Assembly: GCF_009834535.1 (NCBI RefSeq)
Contig: NC_045699.1
Span: forward strand, 10,354,001 to 10,418,000
Origin: Camelus ferus
Lineage: Eukaryota
Direction of reading: 5' to 3'
DNA: 64,000 bases
Shown here one piece after another: positions 1 to 13,400 of this stretch. How positions within the stretch are numbered: the first letter of the stretch is position 1; every line of letters starts with the position of its first letter. The translations under genes were made by a program, and so were the position numbers. The notes beneath the pieces were generated by a model. That model was not told the DNA's origin. It searched no databases and worked only from the letters and a program-made list of their open reading frames with translations.

Positions 1-39
1 CCCCTTTCTAATTCTTTTGAAAAAATCTTTTTAGAGCAT

Positions 40-190
40 TTATTTTATTTTTGTGCAATTTTATTTATTTTAGGAGGGGGGAGATAATTAGGTTTCTTTC
101 TCTCTTTCTTTTTTAGTGGAGGTATGGGAAATTGAACCCGGGATCTCATGCATGCTGAGCATGCAGTCTGCACTTAGCTGTCCCCTCCCC
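40..190 (-). mobile_element. tRNA-derived SINE (camelid Vic-1-like)
   Basis: Reverse complement of the GGGGAGGG..AGCT..GCATGCT.AGCATGCA.GAG.TCCCGGGTTCAAT head, plus AAACCTAATT..CCCC tail. Confidence 0.85.
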
Positions 191-899
191 ACTTTCTAAT
201 TTTTAGTTGCCAGAAATACTATGAAAGGAAACCTCAAAAATTCAGTAATTCTTTTTTATTTAGTTTTTGTAAAAGGATTTTGAGTGAAAAAAGCAACTAG
301 AGAAGAGTTTACTGTACAGGTGACTAATTTCAGTGTTTGAAAAATTTTTTTTAAATCTTATCAAAGCCATTTTTAAATTGTGATTAAAAATAAAAGTGTA
401 ACTTAAGAAATAACTTTTATTTAGATAAATACAGCCTTTTCTCTTCAGAACTGACCTTTTTTGAGTTGATTGCAGAACTTTTTTGCCTTTTTGACAGGAA
501 GGCTAGTTCTAAGCCTGTGTCCTGGCAGCTGTTTCCACTGCTTCCTGTTCTTCCACTTTCTGTTGCACTATCACTTCATCTCCCCAAGGGAAGGAAAATT
601 CAAATAAGTCACATGGCTAAGGAAGATAACAGGACTTTAGGTCATTTGGCCAAAGGAATGGGACCTTTACACTATTTAACTTGATGCTTATTTACCTTAT
701 TGGGAACATGTTGCATATGTTTGAGAAGTCTAAATTCAGAGTCTGTTAGTTTTTTCGTTTGTTTGTTTTTTAAGTTAATTAATATTCTACTACCATGGTG
801 CTGTAGTGCTTGAGAGCTTTTATCTGTTTGCACCAGATTTTGGCATTTAACTTACATTTTTGGTTCTCAAATCTTTTAACAGTTTTATGTGCTTTCCAG

Positions 900-977
900 G
901 CTACAGCTGAACAGATGCGTCTCGCTCAAGTGATCTTTGATAAAAACGATTCAGAGTTTGAAGCTAAGGTTAAACAG
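900..977 (+). CDS. UBAP2: UBAP2 exon (78 nt) ATAEQMRLAQVIFDKNDSEFEAKVKQ
   Basis: ttccag|GCT...CAG|gtatgt; phase 0-0. Confidence 0.97.
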
Positions 978-3900
978 GTATGTTTCTGGCAAAGGATACT
1001 GTCAGTTTTGTAATCTATTCTTACTGTGCTTAAAAAGATATTTTCACTAGAGATTCTAATTTTAAAGTATGTTTCTTGCTTATTCTCAGCTAGTTGGATT
1101 TTGAACTTGTAATTAAATACCTGTATTGGTGGCTAGAATGAAGGAATTTTGGCAGTAGAATCTTTGAGTTACTTGTATTATATGTGAACAGTGAGCATTT
1201 GTGAAAGCACATTGACGTGGTATATACGTCATAGGAAGTATATTTAGTATTTGGCAAGTTCTCAGAAAATATTAATGTTAAGGATGAGCTGAAATGCCTT
1301 TTCAAACATTGTGGTGATTCCAAACATACATTGGAGGAGAGGAGGGTATAGCTCAAGTGGTAGAGCACGTGCTTAGCATCCTGGGTTCAATCCCCAGTAC
1401 CTCTAAAAATAAATAAATAAACCTAATTACCCCCCACCCCCAAATGACTTGTAAAAAGTATTTAAAAAATAAAATTTATAAAAAATTATACAACTCATTC
1501 TCTGGAATGAGATTTATGTACTGTTGGAGACACACTTCTATGTATCATTGCTTTTTATTTGACTAGCATAGCAAATAGACACAAAAGGGCACTGGTACAG
1601 GAGTTCAGAGCTTTAAGTTTGTAGTTCTTTCTCTTTCTAATCCAATCACCGGGGGGAATTTCAATTCTTACTGTGCATTGTTAACAATTGCATATGATGG
1701 GTATTGGGTTAGTATAGGTCATTTATATAAATCTGGCTTTATTAGTAGGTAACCAAAGACTGAAACACTGGAAAGCTGTGGAGTGTGTAGAATCTTGGCT
1801 ACATAATACAGGGCAGAAACCAGATGGAATGGTGTGGTCCAAAGAGCTGTATTTATGAGATCAAGTGACCTGGGTCCAGATGGCTGCTTTTTGACTACAG
1901 AGAAATCACTTCAGATGTTTGGGTCAAACTATTTTGAACTACAGCTGATATACATTAAAATAGTTAAATGTAGATACAACAAATGCTTACATCATACATT
2001 TGTTCACTGGTAATTGAGAAACATATTGTGCCTAATCTATGATTGTTCCTTGTGATGAAAATGTTAAGTAGGTTAATCTCCCTTGTTAATGCACCAAGGA
2101 GATTTATTTGATTACTTCAGACATAGCACCCTGTTGAGGCTAATTGAGAAAATGGTATGTCTAGGAATGAGTTTTGTGATAGCTGCCAAATATCTCTATA
2201 TAGTAGAATCTTAAAACTAATATCAAGTGCCAATTTTGAGTTCCCCTAACCACTTTTGTATAATTTCAACAACAGCTTATGGAAGTGACAGGAAAAAATC
2301 AGGATGAATGCATAGTGGCCCTACATGATTGTAATGGAGATATCAACAAAGCTATCAATATATTACTGGAAGGAAATTCAGACACAGTAAGTATTATTAA
2401 TTGATTTTGCAAAACAGATTTGTCTCCAGTTCCATATTGTGTTTTCAGCTTCACTTTATCTGGGGATGCTGGTGGAGGGGGTTATGGATGCTATTCCATA
2501 TTTGTTTTAAAACCAGAAAGAACACTGTCCTGAAATGACTGTTTTTGTTATGTGTGGTTTCTTGAAGTCCGTAGAATCTGAAGACTCAAAAGAGAACTTG
2601 GTCATCTACTCCAGCCTTACACAGTTGCCAAAATTCTCTTGTCCAAAAAATGTGGACATTTTTGCCACCTAAAAAAACTTGTCTTGGCTCCACTGCTCAT
2701 GTTTCTTCATCTCAGTTGTCCCCTTTTACTACTCCCTATATCTCTAAATTAATGGAAAACCAGGATTTGTTGGTACATCTGTTTCCTCATGTGTGAATAT
2801 TCTGTGGACAAATTTTCATGACAGTCTGACAGATACATAAAATAAGAAAAAAATTTTTTTTTAGCTTAGTAAAGTTTTAGTAATGTGCATGTGCTCTGGA
2901 GCTCCTCCCTCTTATTTTAGGAAGGATGCAACTAAAGTCACACCCGGCAGATGTCAGCCCTAATCTTTTCTACGTGGAGATTGCACAGTATTTCACTTCC
3001 ATTTTCTCATTAAGGAAATCAGTTCAGAGCAGATTAAAACAAATGATTCACCTAAAAAGGGTATAAAGATGAACATATCAAAAAGTACCTTCCTTGTCAG
3101 TGTCTAGGTTTAATCAGGTTCTTATTTTTAGGGACAGGTTTTGTTAGGGACAAACTATTTTAAAATGAACTGCTGTGACAAGCTCAAAACTTAAATGAAT
3201 ATCTTTTTATTTACTATGAAACAATCAGAATGAATTTTGTAATTGTAAAAATTAGTTAATGGGGAAATAATTTAATTATTGGAGTATAGCTGTCTGTTGG
3301 TAAAATTCTATGCAAGATAAAATTGGCCCAACATGATAAACTACCAAATATGTCAATTTGTTGGGAAAAATAGATCATGGTAAGTGAGGAGATAAAATTT
3401 TGGAGAGTTTTTGTTTGCTGACCTTTAGGTATTTGTTAGGCTTTATAAAACATGGGGATTACTTCAATGGACACAGTGTAGAATGGCTCTCACTTAGATT
3501 TACAATGAAGTGAAGAGCTTAACTGCCCTCTTTATTAAAAAAAAATCAGCGTGAATATGTGAAATATTTCCAAATGATTAATTGGAGGGCCCCTTTTAAA
3601 TGTTAGAAATAGATCGGGATACTGTTTTAAACACTCTTGCCTTTCCTTAAGCTCTGCAGATTTGTCATTCCTTTTCTGTGGTGTCACTCCTTTTCAACTT
3701 CCTCTCTTCATGTGGGACTGAACTCAAAGGAGGTGGTTTTGTGGTGAAAGTCTCTTTGGTTACCCCTTGAACCTGGAAATCATATAGTGGTCTGGCATAT
3801 TGTGTTTCTAAAATATCAAAAAATGGCAGATTGGGGCTTGAATACAGACACAAAAGGCACATTCCTGTGTGAAGGTGAGAGGGCTGCGGGAGAGATGGAG

Positions 3901-4417
3901 AGGCAGAATGAGTCCTGGCTGTGGCAGTCACGGCTGACCAACTGTGAGGAGTGTCTTTCCATCTGCGGTAGAGTAATTGGAATGGACTGCTAGAGAATGT
4001 AAGCACTCTAGGATTTCTGGGAGCAGGAACATTTAAAATAACCATGAAAGCAAACACATCTTGACCTGTTGGCTAACCTTGTTTTGTGCCAGGGTCTTAT
4101 GAAACAAAATTATTATTTTGAAAGAGAAAAAAAAGTTAAGGGGATTTGTCCATGATATATTTGAGGATGAGTTTGTCTTTCTAATGTATGAGTAATTGTC
4201 AAAGGAAACCATTTAACATGGTCATAAGTACTGAACTTTGTTTCATCCCATCATAATGCTGTTTTGTTTGAGTGACAAACTAATTTTGAGATGTAAGTCC
4301 CTTGCATTAATGTGCTTAAAAAAATATATATATATAGTAATTTGTGTTTTATATATATATAATTTATAACATATATATTATATATATAGTTTGTGTTTTT
4401 TATATATATATAGAGTA

Positions 4418-4457
<40 letters not shown>

Positions 4458-7400
4458 ATAGAGTAATTTGTTTGTGTTAAGTTCTTGGCAAATATAAAGG
4501 GGTGAGAGAGTGATTTTTGTATGAGCTGGCCTGGAAGCCTGCTCTTCTGATGACTAAATGTGGTGTCTGGGAGGACTTTCTCTTAGAATTTCCTAAGACC
4601 TGTTCTACAGGTAGCCAAACATAGATGGCAAAGACTGCCAGAAGTTCTGTTGAAAATCTTTTAGAATTATTTGGTTCACTTTCAAAACCTGTGTGCACTC
4701 TTGCAGACTGTTTTGAAAAATGTTCAAAACATTTGTTACTCTTGTTAGCATTTATTGTGGTGTTAGACCAATTGCCCTTTAAATGTCCCTTGCTCTACTT
4801 TCTTCCCCAATAAGTTGTTGTTAGTTTTTGTAGAATTCACAAGCCAAGACTTGCTTAAGGGTATCCTTTGCTGAATGAAATGGATTAAGATGTTTTTCTC
4901 AAAATGTTTGACATAGAAAGTCTGTCCTTTCATCGTGATTGAATACCTTTAGGTCTGGCCCTGTAAAAACATTATACATTGTTTATACATGCAACTTGTG
5001 CTGACTCTGTGTGTAATTTTTCCAGGACCTCTAGAATTTACTTTTTGTCTTGTTAATATAAGAGGACAGGATGCTGTCTTACATATTTAGTTTATTTGTA
5101 TTGAAGATAATTGATTGAGTTTGTACACTATGGAATTTTTTTTTCTGAAATAAAGAATCTCTATTGTTAATTAAAAAAGCAGTGCAGAACAATAAACAGG
5201 TTAAATCAGATTAAAGGTCCCCACTTAGATAAAGACTTCTCACTTTCTTCAATAATACACAAGCTCCTGTTTAAGCTGAAGAATGTATTCCTATCTTATA
5301 TGCTGTTTGCTGATAGCTTTCTTCACTTGTATTATGGATCTCTTTCTATGTATACCTGGATAAGTCTTAAAAATTTTTTTTTATTAAAACTTTTTTGAAA
5401 TTGAGGTATTGTCAGTTTACAATGTTGTGTTAATTTCCGGTGTATAGAATGGATAACTCTTCAAATGGCTGTATACTTCTCCCTTTGGATGTTCTAGAGT
5501 AGGTAATCTCTTAAGCTAGATATTTGGGGAATTTTCCACTCTTTTATTCTGCTGTTCATTGTATATAAATGTTTGTAGTGTTATCAGATTATTTCCTCTG
5601 AATAAAGGCCAAGAAGTAGAATTGCTGGGCCAAAAATTGTGAACAAATTAAAATTTGGACACTATTGCCAGGTAAACTTCCTGGAAGGTTAGAATAGTTG
5701 CATGTCCACTGGAGTTGAGAATACCTGCTTATTCTGTCATAACTGTTGGGTGTCAGTTTTTAAAATCTTCACCAAACCTTAGAAGTGGAAAATAATATGT
5801 TTAATTTGTATTTTTTCCACATTCAATCATTTTATATTTAACCAAACATAAATTCAAAGGTTTGTAGATATATTAAAAAAATTCCTTTAGGTGTTTTAAA
5901 TCTGGCCTCCACCATTTTAGAAATAATTCAGCTGTATCTCTAATTTTATTAATTTCCAGTGCTTACATTTATTTGGATAAAATGTTTTTCTTAAGCTTCT
6001 TTTTAAAGTTTAAAATAGCTCTTAGTTTGGAATCAGATCACTTCAAATCCCTTGTGAATTAAAGTAAATAGAAACAAATGGGCCAATTTTGGAATTTCCC
6101 AGTAACATACCCTGATCGAAATCTCAATACATTTTTATCCACAAGAACATAGTGTCTCATTCTTTTCTCAACAATTTTTATATGTGTGATTTGATTTGAT
6201 TTGCGGGAAAAGGGAGGTGATATAAATCATTTGACTTATCATTAGAACAGGTCTTTGAAGTTGAAATTTTGGGCATCTTTAAAAAAAAAAAAAACTAAGC
6301 CAAAATATCTCAACCATTAAATTTTTTAAGATGGTTACCTTGGATAACTGAATAGGGAAAAGTTGTACTCCTGAGATTTCAGGGAATCATCTTATGTAAT
6401 TTTATAGTCATTGAGCTATTCATTAATAGGTTTAAGACCTACTACTGAGGTAGGTGGGTGTGGCATAGAGTGGGAGCTTGGGGAAACAACATATACATTA
6501 TTCTTAAAAACAGCATAGGAAAAGGCTCTATGGTGGGCATATATGTTGTCAGCTCAGCTAGTTGCTGTAATCTTTTTTGCTCTATACAGCAACAGAAACT
6601 TAGCAAGAGGTTTGCTGTCTTTATCATTAGAGGATACAATACGTATGTGGAAAAGAATTAAAATGGTAGGCAATGTAAGGCGTGGGTAATTAGTTTGAAA
6701 GATAAATGGACACTCTCTTGATGATTGTATACACTTCAAGAGACAACTCTGAATAAACACTATTATTTTTGGTAGACTTCTTGGGAGACTGTAGGAGGGA
6801 AGAAGAAGAATTTTGGAAAAGAGAGTTCGGAAAACAAAGAGAATAGAGAGAAGAGAAGTGAGAGAGAAGTGAGTCGTGGGCGTGGAAACAACAACCGGAA
6901 AGGAAGAGGTGGCAATCGTGGGAGAGAGTGTAAGTACAGACCTTTCTCCTCAACTTTGTATTATGAAAATTTTCATGCATTCTAAAAAGCTGAAAATGTA
7001 GTCCTGTGAATGGCCATAAATCCACGCTCTCAATGCAGTATTTATTATTATAGTTAACACTTAGTAATGAGCTGCAAGGAGTAATTCATTAGAACTCTCA
7101 CTGATGCAATTTCATGTTAGCATTGACCTGGGCTGTAGGAGGGTAGTTGTGTTGTGTCCTAAGACTGCCTTCTGTTGTGAATCAAGTGCACCCTCTAATT
7201 TTAAAGATTTTTCATTTGCTGGTAGATAAAGCTGTTTTATTCTTCTCCACTTAACAGATACTTGTGGTATGGGCAAGAGTCAGATTAAAAGGAAAATTGT
7301 TGAATAGGGAGGGTTTTCTCAGTACTTTTTTTTTTTTTTTTTTTTTTTTTTGCTTCTGAGGTCTCTATTTGTCCAGGGACTTAGAGCAAAGATACAGACC

Positions 7401-10400
7401 CTGCAAAGTGGTGGCAGCTCCCACATTCTTAGCTGTGGTGCTGTGACCCCCCTCAAGGGAGATGGGCTATGTTTCATTTCCACACTGAGCATTCCATGAA
7501 TTTCTGCCAGACTTGGGCATTGAAATGGCTCCTGGCTAGAAACCAGGAGCGTTCCTGTGTGCACATCTGTACAGACATGGACACACACAAACGTGGATGC
7601 TTGGGGATGGGGTGGGCAGAATTCAGAGGTCTTGCTCCTTTTTTTTTTTTGTGCTGAGATGAGATAAGTACTTTCCATTCGACTGAGGTTTTGATATTAT
7701 TCACGCAAAACAACACTACCTGCCTTGCATACGTACCAAAGTAGCTAAATTATGAATGAATAAATATATATCATTACCATATCCCCTTGTAGACTTTTGC
7801 TAGTTTACTTATTACACAGACACTTATTGAGTACAGTGTAGCAGATCCTTCTGATAGGCATACAGCAGTGAACAAAAACATCTTTCAGTGGAGGTGGAGA
7901 GAGATGAAACAATAAAGAGAAGTAACATGTTGCATATTAATATAATATTTTAATGGTGTTATGAAGAAATAATGCTATGGAGAAAAATGAAAGCAGAGAG
8001 GGTTTGGCAAATTTTAATGGGGTGGTCAAGGACGGCCTCACAACTCATGGAGTTAAGCCCTGAAAGAGATGAAGGGAGCAAGTTGTGCCAGTATTGTTCA
8101 TAATATTTCTGTATTCTATAGAGTCATTAATGTTGAGTTGACATTATATAGAGTTGAGGAGAAGAAAAGACTGTTGGCATCTTCTGAAGAGCACCCTGGA
8201 AGAACCTCTAACAATAATTTCCTCAAGAACTCAATGTTTCCTTGGTCTCGCTCTTTCGCTGTTCTATGCCTTTCCAGGCTTTGAACTTAACCAGTGAGCA
8301 AATTTTGTGGTGTATAGTTGCACAACAAAGATAAGTTTTGGAAACAAACTTACTTTAGGGGAGGGCAAGTCCAAACAGAAAAAATAAAAAGTGGTATGTC
8401 ATTTTAGTTTCTTTTTGAATTTTCACCTATGAATTAAGCTGTCGCTCACTTTCTGAGCCACTCTGGTTTTGTTTTTCTTGTTTTCCATACCCTTTGCTTA
8501 AATTTTAACGATTTAAAAAAAGTCTTTTTGTCCTTGTTTTTAATAACTATTTGGTACAATTATGTACAAGGGGTCCTCTTTTCTTCCTTAGTTAGGGGTG
8601 AAGAGAACGGAATTGACTGCAGTCAAGGGGACAAGCCTTCAGACCGTGGAAAGCGAGCTCGTGGTAGAGGTAAGACAGAATAAGGGGGAAGGTTATGCTT
8701 GTGATGGGAAGGAGGCCGGGTGCACTCAGAGCACCAGGTCACGGCAGTGTACTCTGAAAGAAGGATTGATCTGAAATCTTTTGATTCCTTTGCTGATGCC
8801 TAAGAATGAAGTGTTTTTGGATCATGTAATTCTGAGGAAACCGAGATGGTTTTCAAATGAGCGGAGAAGGCCCTTTATAGGTATACTTTAAAACTTGAAG
8901 CTCTGATCAAAAAGTCATTATTAAATTCTCCTATATTGGACTTTAACAGCTGTGTTTTACCCATGTGATAAATGGTTTTAAGATTAAAATTGTTTGCCCC
9001 TTGATTACCATGCCCAGTGTTTTCTGTTTGTGATCATTTCTTAACAATTATTAATTTGGGATGCCTCTTCAAGAATGTAGTTCCACATACTTTAGAGTTG
9101 TAAGTGAATTTCCTCACAGTTATTAAATCAAGATACCTGATGTATAGGCAGATCTTGTTTGGGTTCAGTGGAGAAGCTACCTGAATTAACTGACGTTTTG
9201 TTTGATACGTTGTTGAATGCAGTTGTGAATGTTCTCCAGCTGAGTGTTTGGGGCCGAATTTTTTTAATCAGAAATATTAAGGGTAGAAATAATGCAGGTG
9301 GTACATATACTGTCGACTTCCTTGGCTGTTCATCCAGCTGTCATTTACTAAACTTCTGTATGGGCCAAAGGTAAATGATTTTCAGAGATCAGAAAAGGGC
9401 AAAATTATGTACTAATTTGCCAGGCACAGTGAAAAATAAGATTGTAATTTTCTAACAGATTTTAGTTATAATTCCCTTTTCTAGCCTTTTTTTTATTGTG
9501 ATGACTTTCAAACATAGAGAAAAGTGGAGACAATATTTAAACGAACCCCATGTCCCTTCATGTTTAATCAGTAACGCTTAAGGATTTTAGCCATTTATGC
9601 TTTATGTATCTCTTTTCTCCCTTTCTTGCTGCAGAAATAATTTAAAGTAGATTTTTGGGGTCAGTTTACTCCTAATTACTGTGGGAAACACCTGAAAAAT
9701 GTAGATGCTTTCACATGTAAACATAATGCTTATTTTCACACTTAACTTTGTTATCTAATACTTAATCTATACATAAATTTCTCTCGTTATTTATGTCTTT
9801 TCATAATTGATTTCTTTGAATCAGGATCCAAACAAAATTTATACATTACTATTTACCTTACATACATTATACATTTTGACCATACTTGTGGGCACGTGTT
9901 GCTAACTTCACACTGGCTGTCCCTCAGAACACTAATCTACATTTGTGATTAAATTAGCTAAAATGTTAAATTTTAGTGAATTGCCCCTTTCCTTAATTTT
10001 AGTTAATTTTAGTAAATTGCCCCTTTCCTCCTTATCTACACAGTGTTGGCTTAAAAAGTATTATGAAATAGCATGAATTTAATATGATAATATATAGTTT
10101 GAGGGTAATTTATATTAAGAATTTAATATCTCTATTACATTAAAATCATACAAATAAAATGGGAGTATATTTTACAGTATGAAAAGTATAAACTGTTGCA
10201 AATGAAGTAAAATTAAGTTCCTTTTATATCCCAATTTTTGTATACCTTTCCCTGAATGTCTTCTCTGTATTCAGAGGAGTAAGAATCAGTGTGACACTGA
10301 TAATTTTTCATTTAAAGTTTAAATACTCACAGAAGGGTATCTTGTGAGATATGTGTTTTTGTGAGAAAACAATAGCCCCTTCAGAGGAGAACTGGAGTTG

Positions 10401-13400
10401 TGCCAGGTGGTATTCAGTGTCCTGGTCTTTGCTTTTTGGAAAGTGTACCTGGTAGTTGGTGCAAAAACCTTCGGAACTTTATAAATGTTGACCATTCAGA
10501 GGTACTTGGCCATCAAATGATACTGGGTTTTGTGTGCAAAATACGGAATTTGGCCGTTATTTATGAAGTATCTACTGCATAACTGGAAGAGTTCCTGAGT
10601 AGTACTTACTTAATCCTGAGTTTATATTGAAGATCATGTTACAAATCTATGAGATTTGGAGTATTCTAGGTAACGTTCTTTGTCATGTGCCATGCTAGTT
10701 AGTGAAAAACTAAGTATAATTCTGTGTTCCAGGATGAAACTGCTTACTATTGTGTAAGAAGTTACAGTCAAGCCACTGTGTGCTTTTATTCCTATGAGTT
10801 TCTTAACCTTGTTAATTGATGCATGGTTTGGCATCATGTGTGTATTGTTTTGTCTTTTGGTGTGATCGAATCTGGTAAGATAATAATACTTGAGGTTGCA
10901 GGGGAGTGATTTCCTTTTGAATGGAAGAAAAATAATGCATGAAAAATAACAGTTTACTACCAAACCTTTCTCACTCCTTACCTTAACATACTTCACTGTT
11001 TTGTATTTATATACAATTGAAAAGTAATTGTTGAGCACTGCCATGTGCTAACATTGTAGTTTTAATTTTTGAATTTTCTGCAATGCCTTCTCGGGTCCTG
11101 GTATAAAAAGTATTTTACAAAATGTAGTGCTCTTAAATTAGTTGCTAAACAGCTACGTTATTTTTGGTAATTGAATAGTGACATTATTACGCCCCTAAAA
11201 GAGTCCATGTTTATGAAATTGAGGTTACATATCAGCATTAAATGCAACAACTGATATTTAGGTGCTTGTTAGCTTGTTGAAGATACCACTGCAGATAAGA
11301 TGTGATCCCTTACATCCTCAGTGAAAGGAGAAGAGACAGTCAAGTAAAGCACTGTTCACTTAAGAAAATGATTGGTGATGCAGTCAGTTGTCAGTAGGGT
11401 CTCCTTTAGGTTGACCTGGGGAAGTCTCTGAGGAGATGGATTTAAGGTGAGGAGGAGGAAAGCATATGAAAATCTGTGTAGGAACGTTCTGTGGAGAAGG
11501 AACATCTTAGCTAGGGTAAACATGGAAAACAACTTGGATTTTTCACAGAATAAGTAGTAGTTACTGGAATATGAAATATACACAGAAGTGCTTAGGGTGT
11601 GGCTTTAACATTTTACTTTGAAATAAAAAAAATACAGCAGAATTTTACATGATGTTTACAAAGTCCCCAAACTTTAATATTTTACTACATTTTCTTTATC
11701 ATTTTTCTCTCTGTATGTACATTATTTTTTTCTGAAACCTTTGCATATAAATTTCAAACATGCCATTTTACCCCTTAATATTTTAGCGTGTAACTCCTAA
11801 AAATATATTCTCTCACAGAGCTACCTTAAATGATAAAATCAAGAAATCACTATTGATACAATGTACAGGCCTTATTTAAAAATTTCCAGTTATCCTGCTA
11901 ATGTTCTTTATAAGCTTAAAAGATAATCTGGTTCAGGTTCTAATCCAGGATCACACACTGTGTTTAGTTCCCCTTGTCTCTTTTAGCGTCCTTCAATCCA
12001 GAACAGTTCATCGATCTGGAATAGTCTTTGTCTTTCATGGCCTCGGCCCTTTGGATGCATGTGGACTCTTGTGTAGAAATGTCCTTCATTAACAATCTGA
12101 GAAGCTTCCTCATGATTAGATTCATGTTGTCTGTTTTTGGCAGGAATGCTGCAGAATGAGATCAGCTGTCCTCCTCAGTACATCATATTGGAGGGTACAC
12201 AATACAGTTTTGTCCTATTGCTAGTGATGTTAGGTTTGCTTTCTTAAGGAAGATTACTCCCTCCTTTGTAATTAATACATATTTTGGGGGGGGCCAGTAT
12301 TCTGAGACTGTTTAAATAACCTTTTTCCCCATCAGACGTTTACTCATTCATGTTAGAATCCATTAATTCTTTCCTGAAATAATTGACACACTTATAATCA
12401 GACCAGCTGAAGAAAAGCTAAAAAGAGGAATATGAGTGTAGACTCTATGCTTTGTTCCTCAGTGAATCCCAGGGGCATTTTGCTATTGTCATGTAACTCA
12501 TTATTCTGCTTTGGGGTTGAGGAAGGCGTATTCCTGTCTCTTTGTGGATATACTCTGACCTGGGGACAGAAAGACACAACTTGCCCAACTCCTAAGTCTC
12601 CCAGTGACACAAGCACCAGAGAGATGCCCTGCTCTCTGTGAGTGCTGAACAGGCCTCTGGGAAGTTGGGCAGCTCATAGTCAGCACAGCAGCCATCTTTA
12701 TCACTGGACCAACCTGGAAAATCTGGGGACTTTTGCCTATACGAAGAACTTTAGAACTAGTCAGGAACATAAAGATCTTTAATTTCATGATCCAGAGTGT
12801 GCAGTGATAAATTCAGGAGCACACAGCTACTGGCACTTCTGGCTGTTATCAGTGCCCTCCTTAGAGTCTCCTGGGGATGATGGTAAGGGGTTGCTTTCTG
12901 TCTTCTTAGATTAGAATCACTCTCCCTACTCACTTTTCTTTAGGTTACACATGTTCAGCTCTAGCGGTCTGTTACTAGGATTTCCCCCCACCAGAGGTAG
13001 TTAGCTGTTTATTGAGTTTCGGCTTTTTTCATGGGAAATGAGCATCTTTCCTACTCTGGCTCTCAGGGTAAGACATATATGTGGAACATTAAAAGCTTGA
13101 GCAATTAATTCAACATAGATGTAGTACAGAGTTCCTAGAGAGACCTTTCTGAGTAAAGGTATAGCATTTATCATAACATTGGTTTATTCTTTATGATCAT
13201 CTCCTTTAATCTTGTATTTCTTTATTAAAAGATCCCGAGTCTTTATTCTGCTTTTAGATGAAAGCAGTTATCTGTAACAGATAACAGTGTAGGGGAATGG
13301 TATATACAGAGAAAACAATATTACTAGTAGCCTGGTGAATAGGAAAGAACAATTTTGTTATCTTGCTAAAATTTACATGAAGATGTGCTCGAGTTTTTAA

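Noticed and set aside
3665-4057. 130-aa minus-strand ORF ending YDFQVQGVTKETFTTKPPP...
   Set aside because: No protein family I can recognise, no poly(A)/TSD signature of a retrocopy and no promoter evidence.
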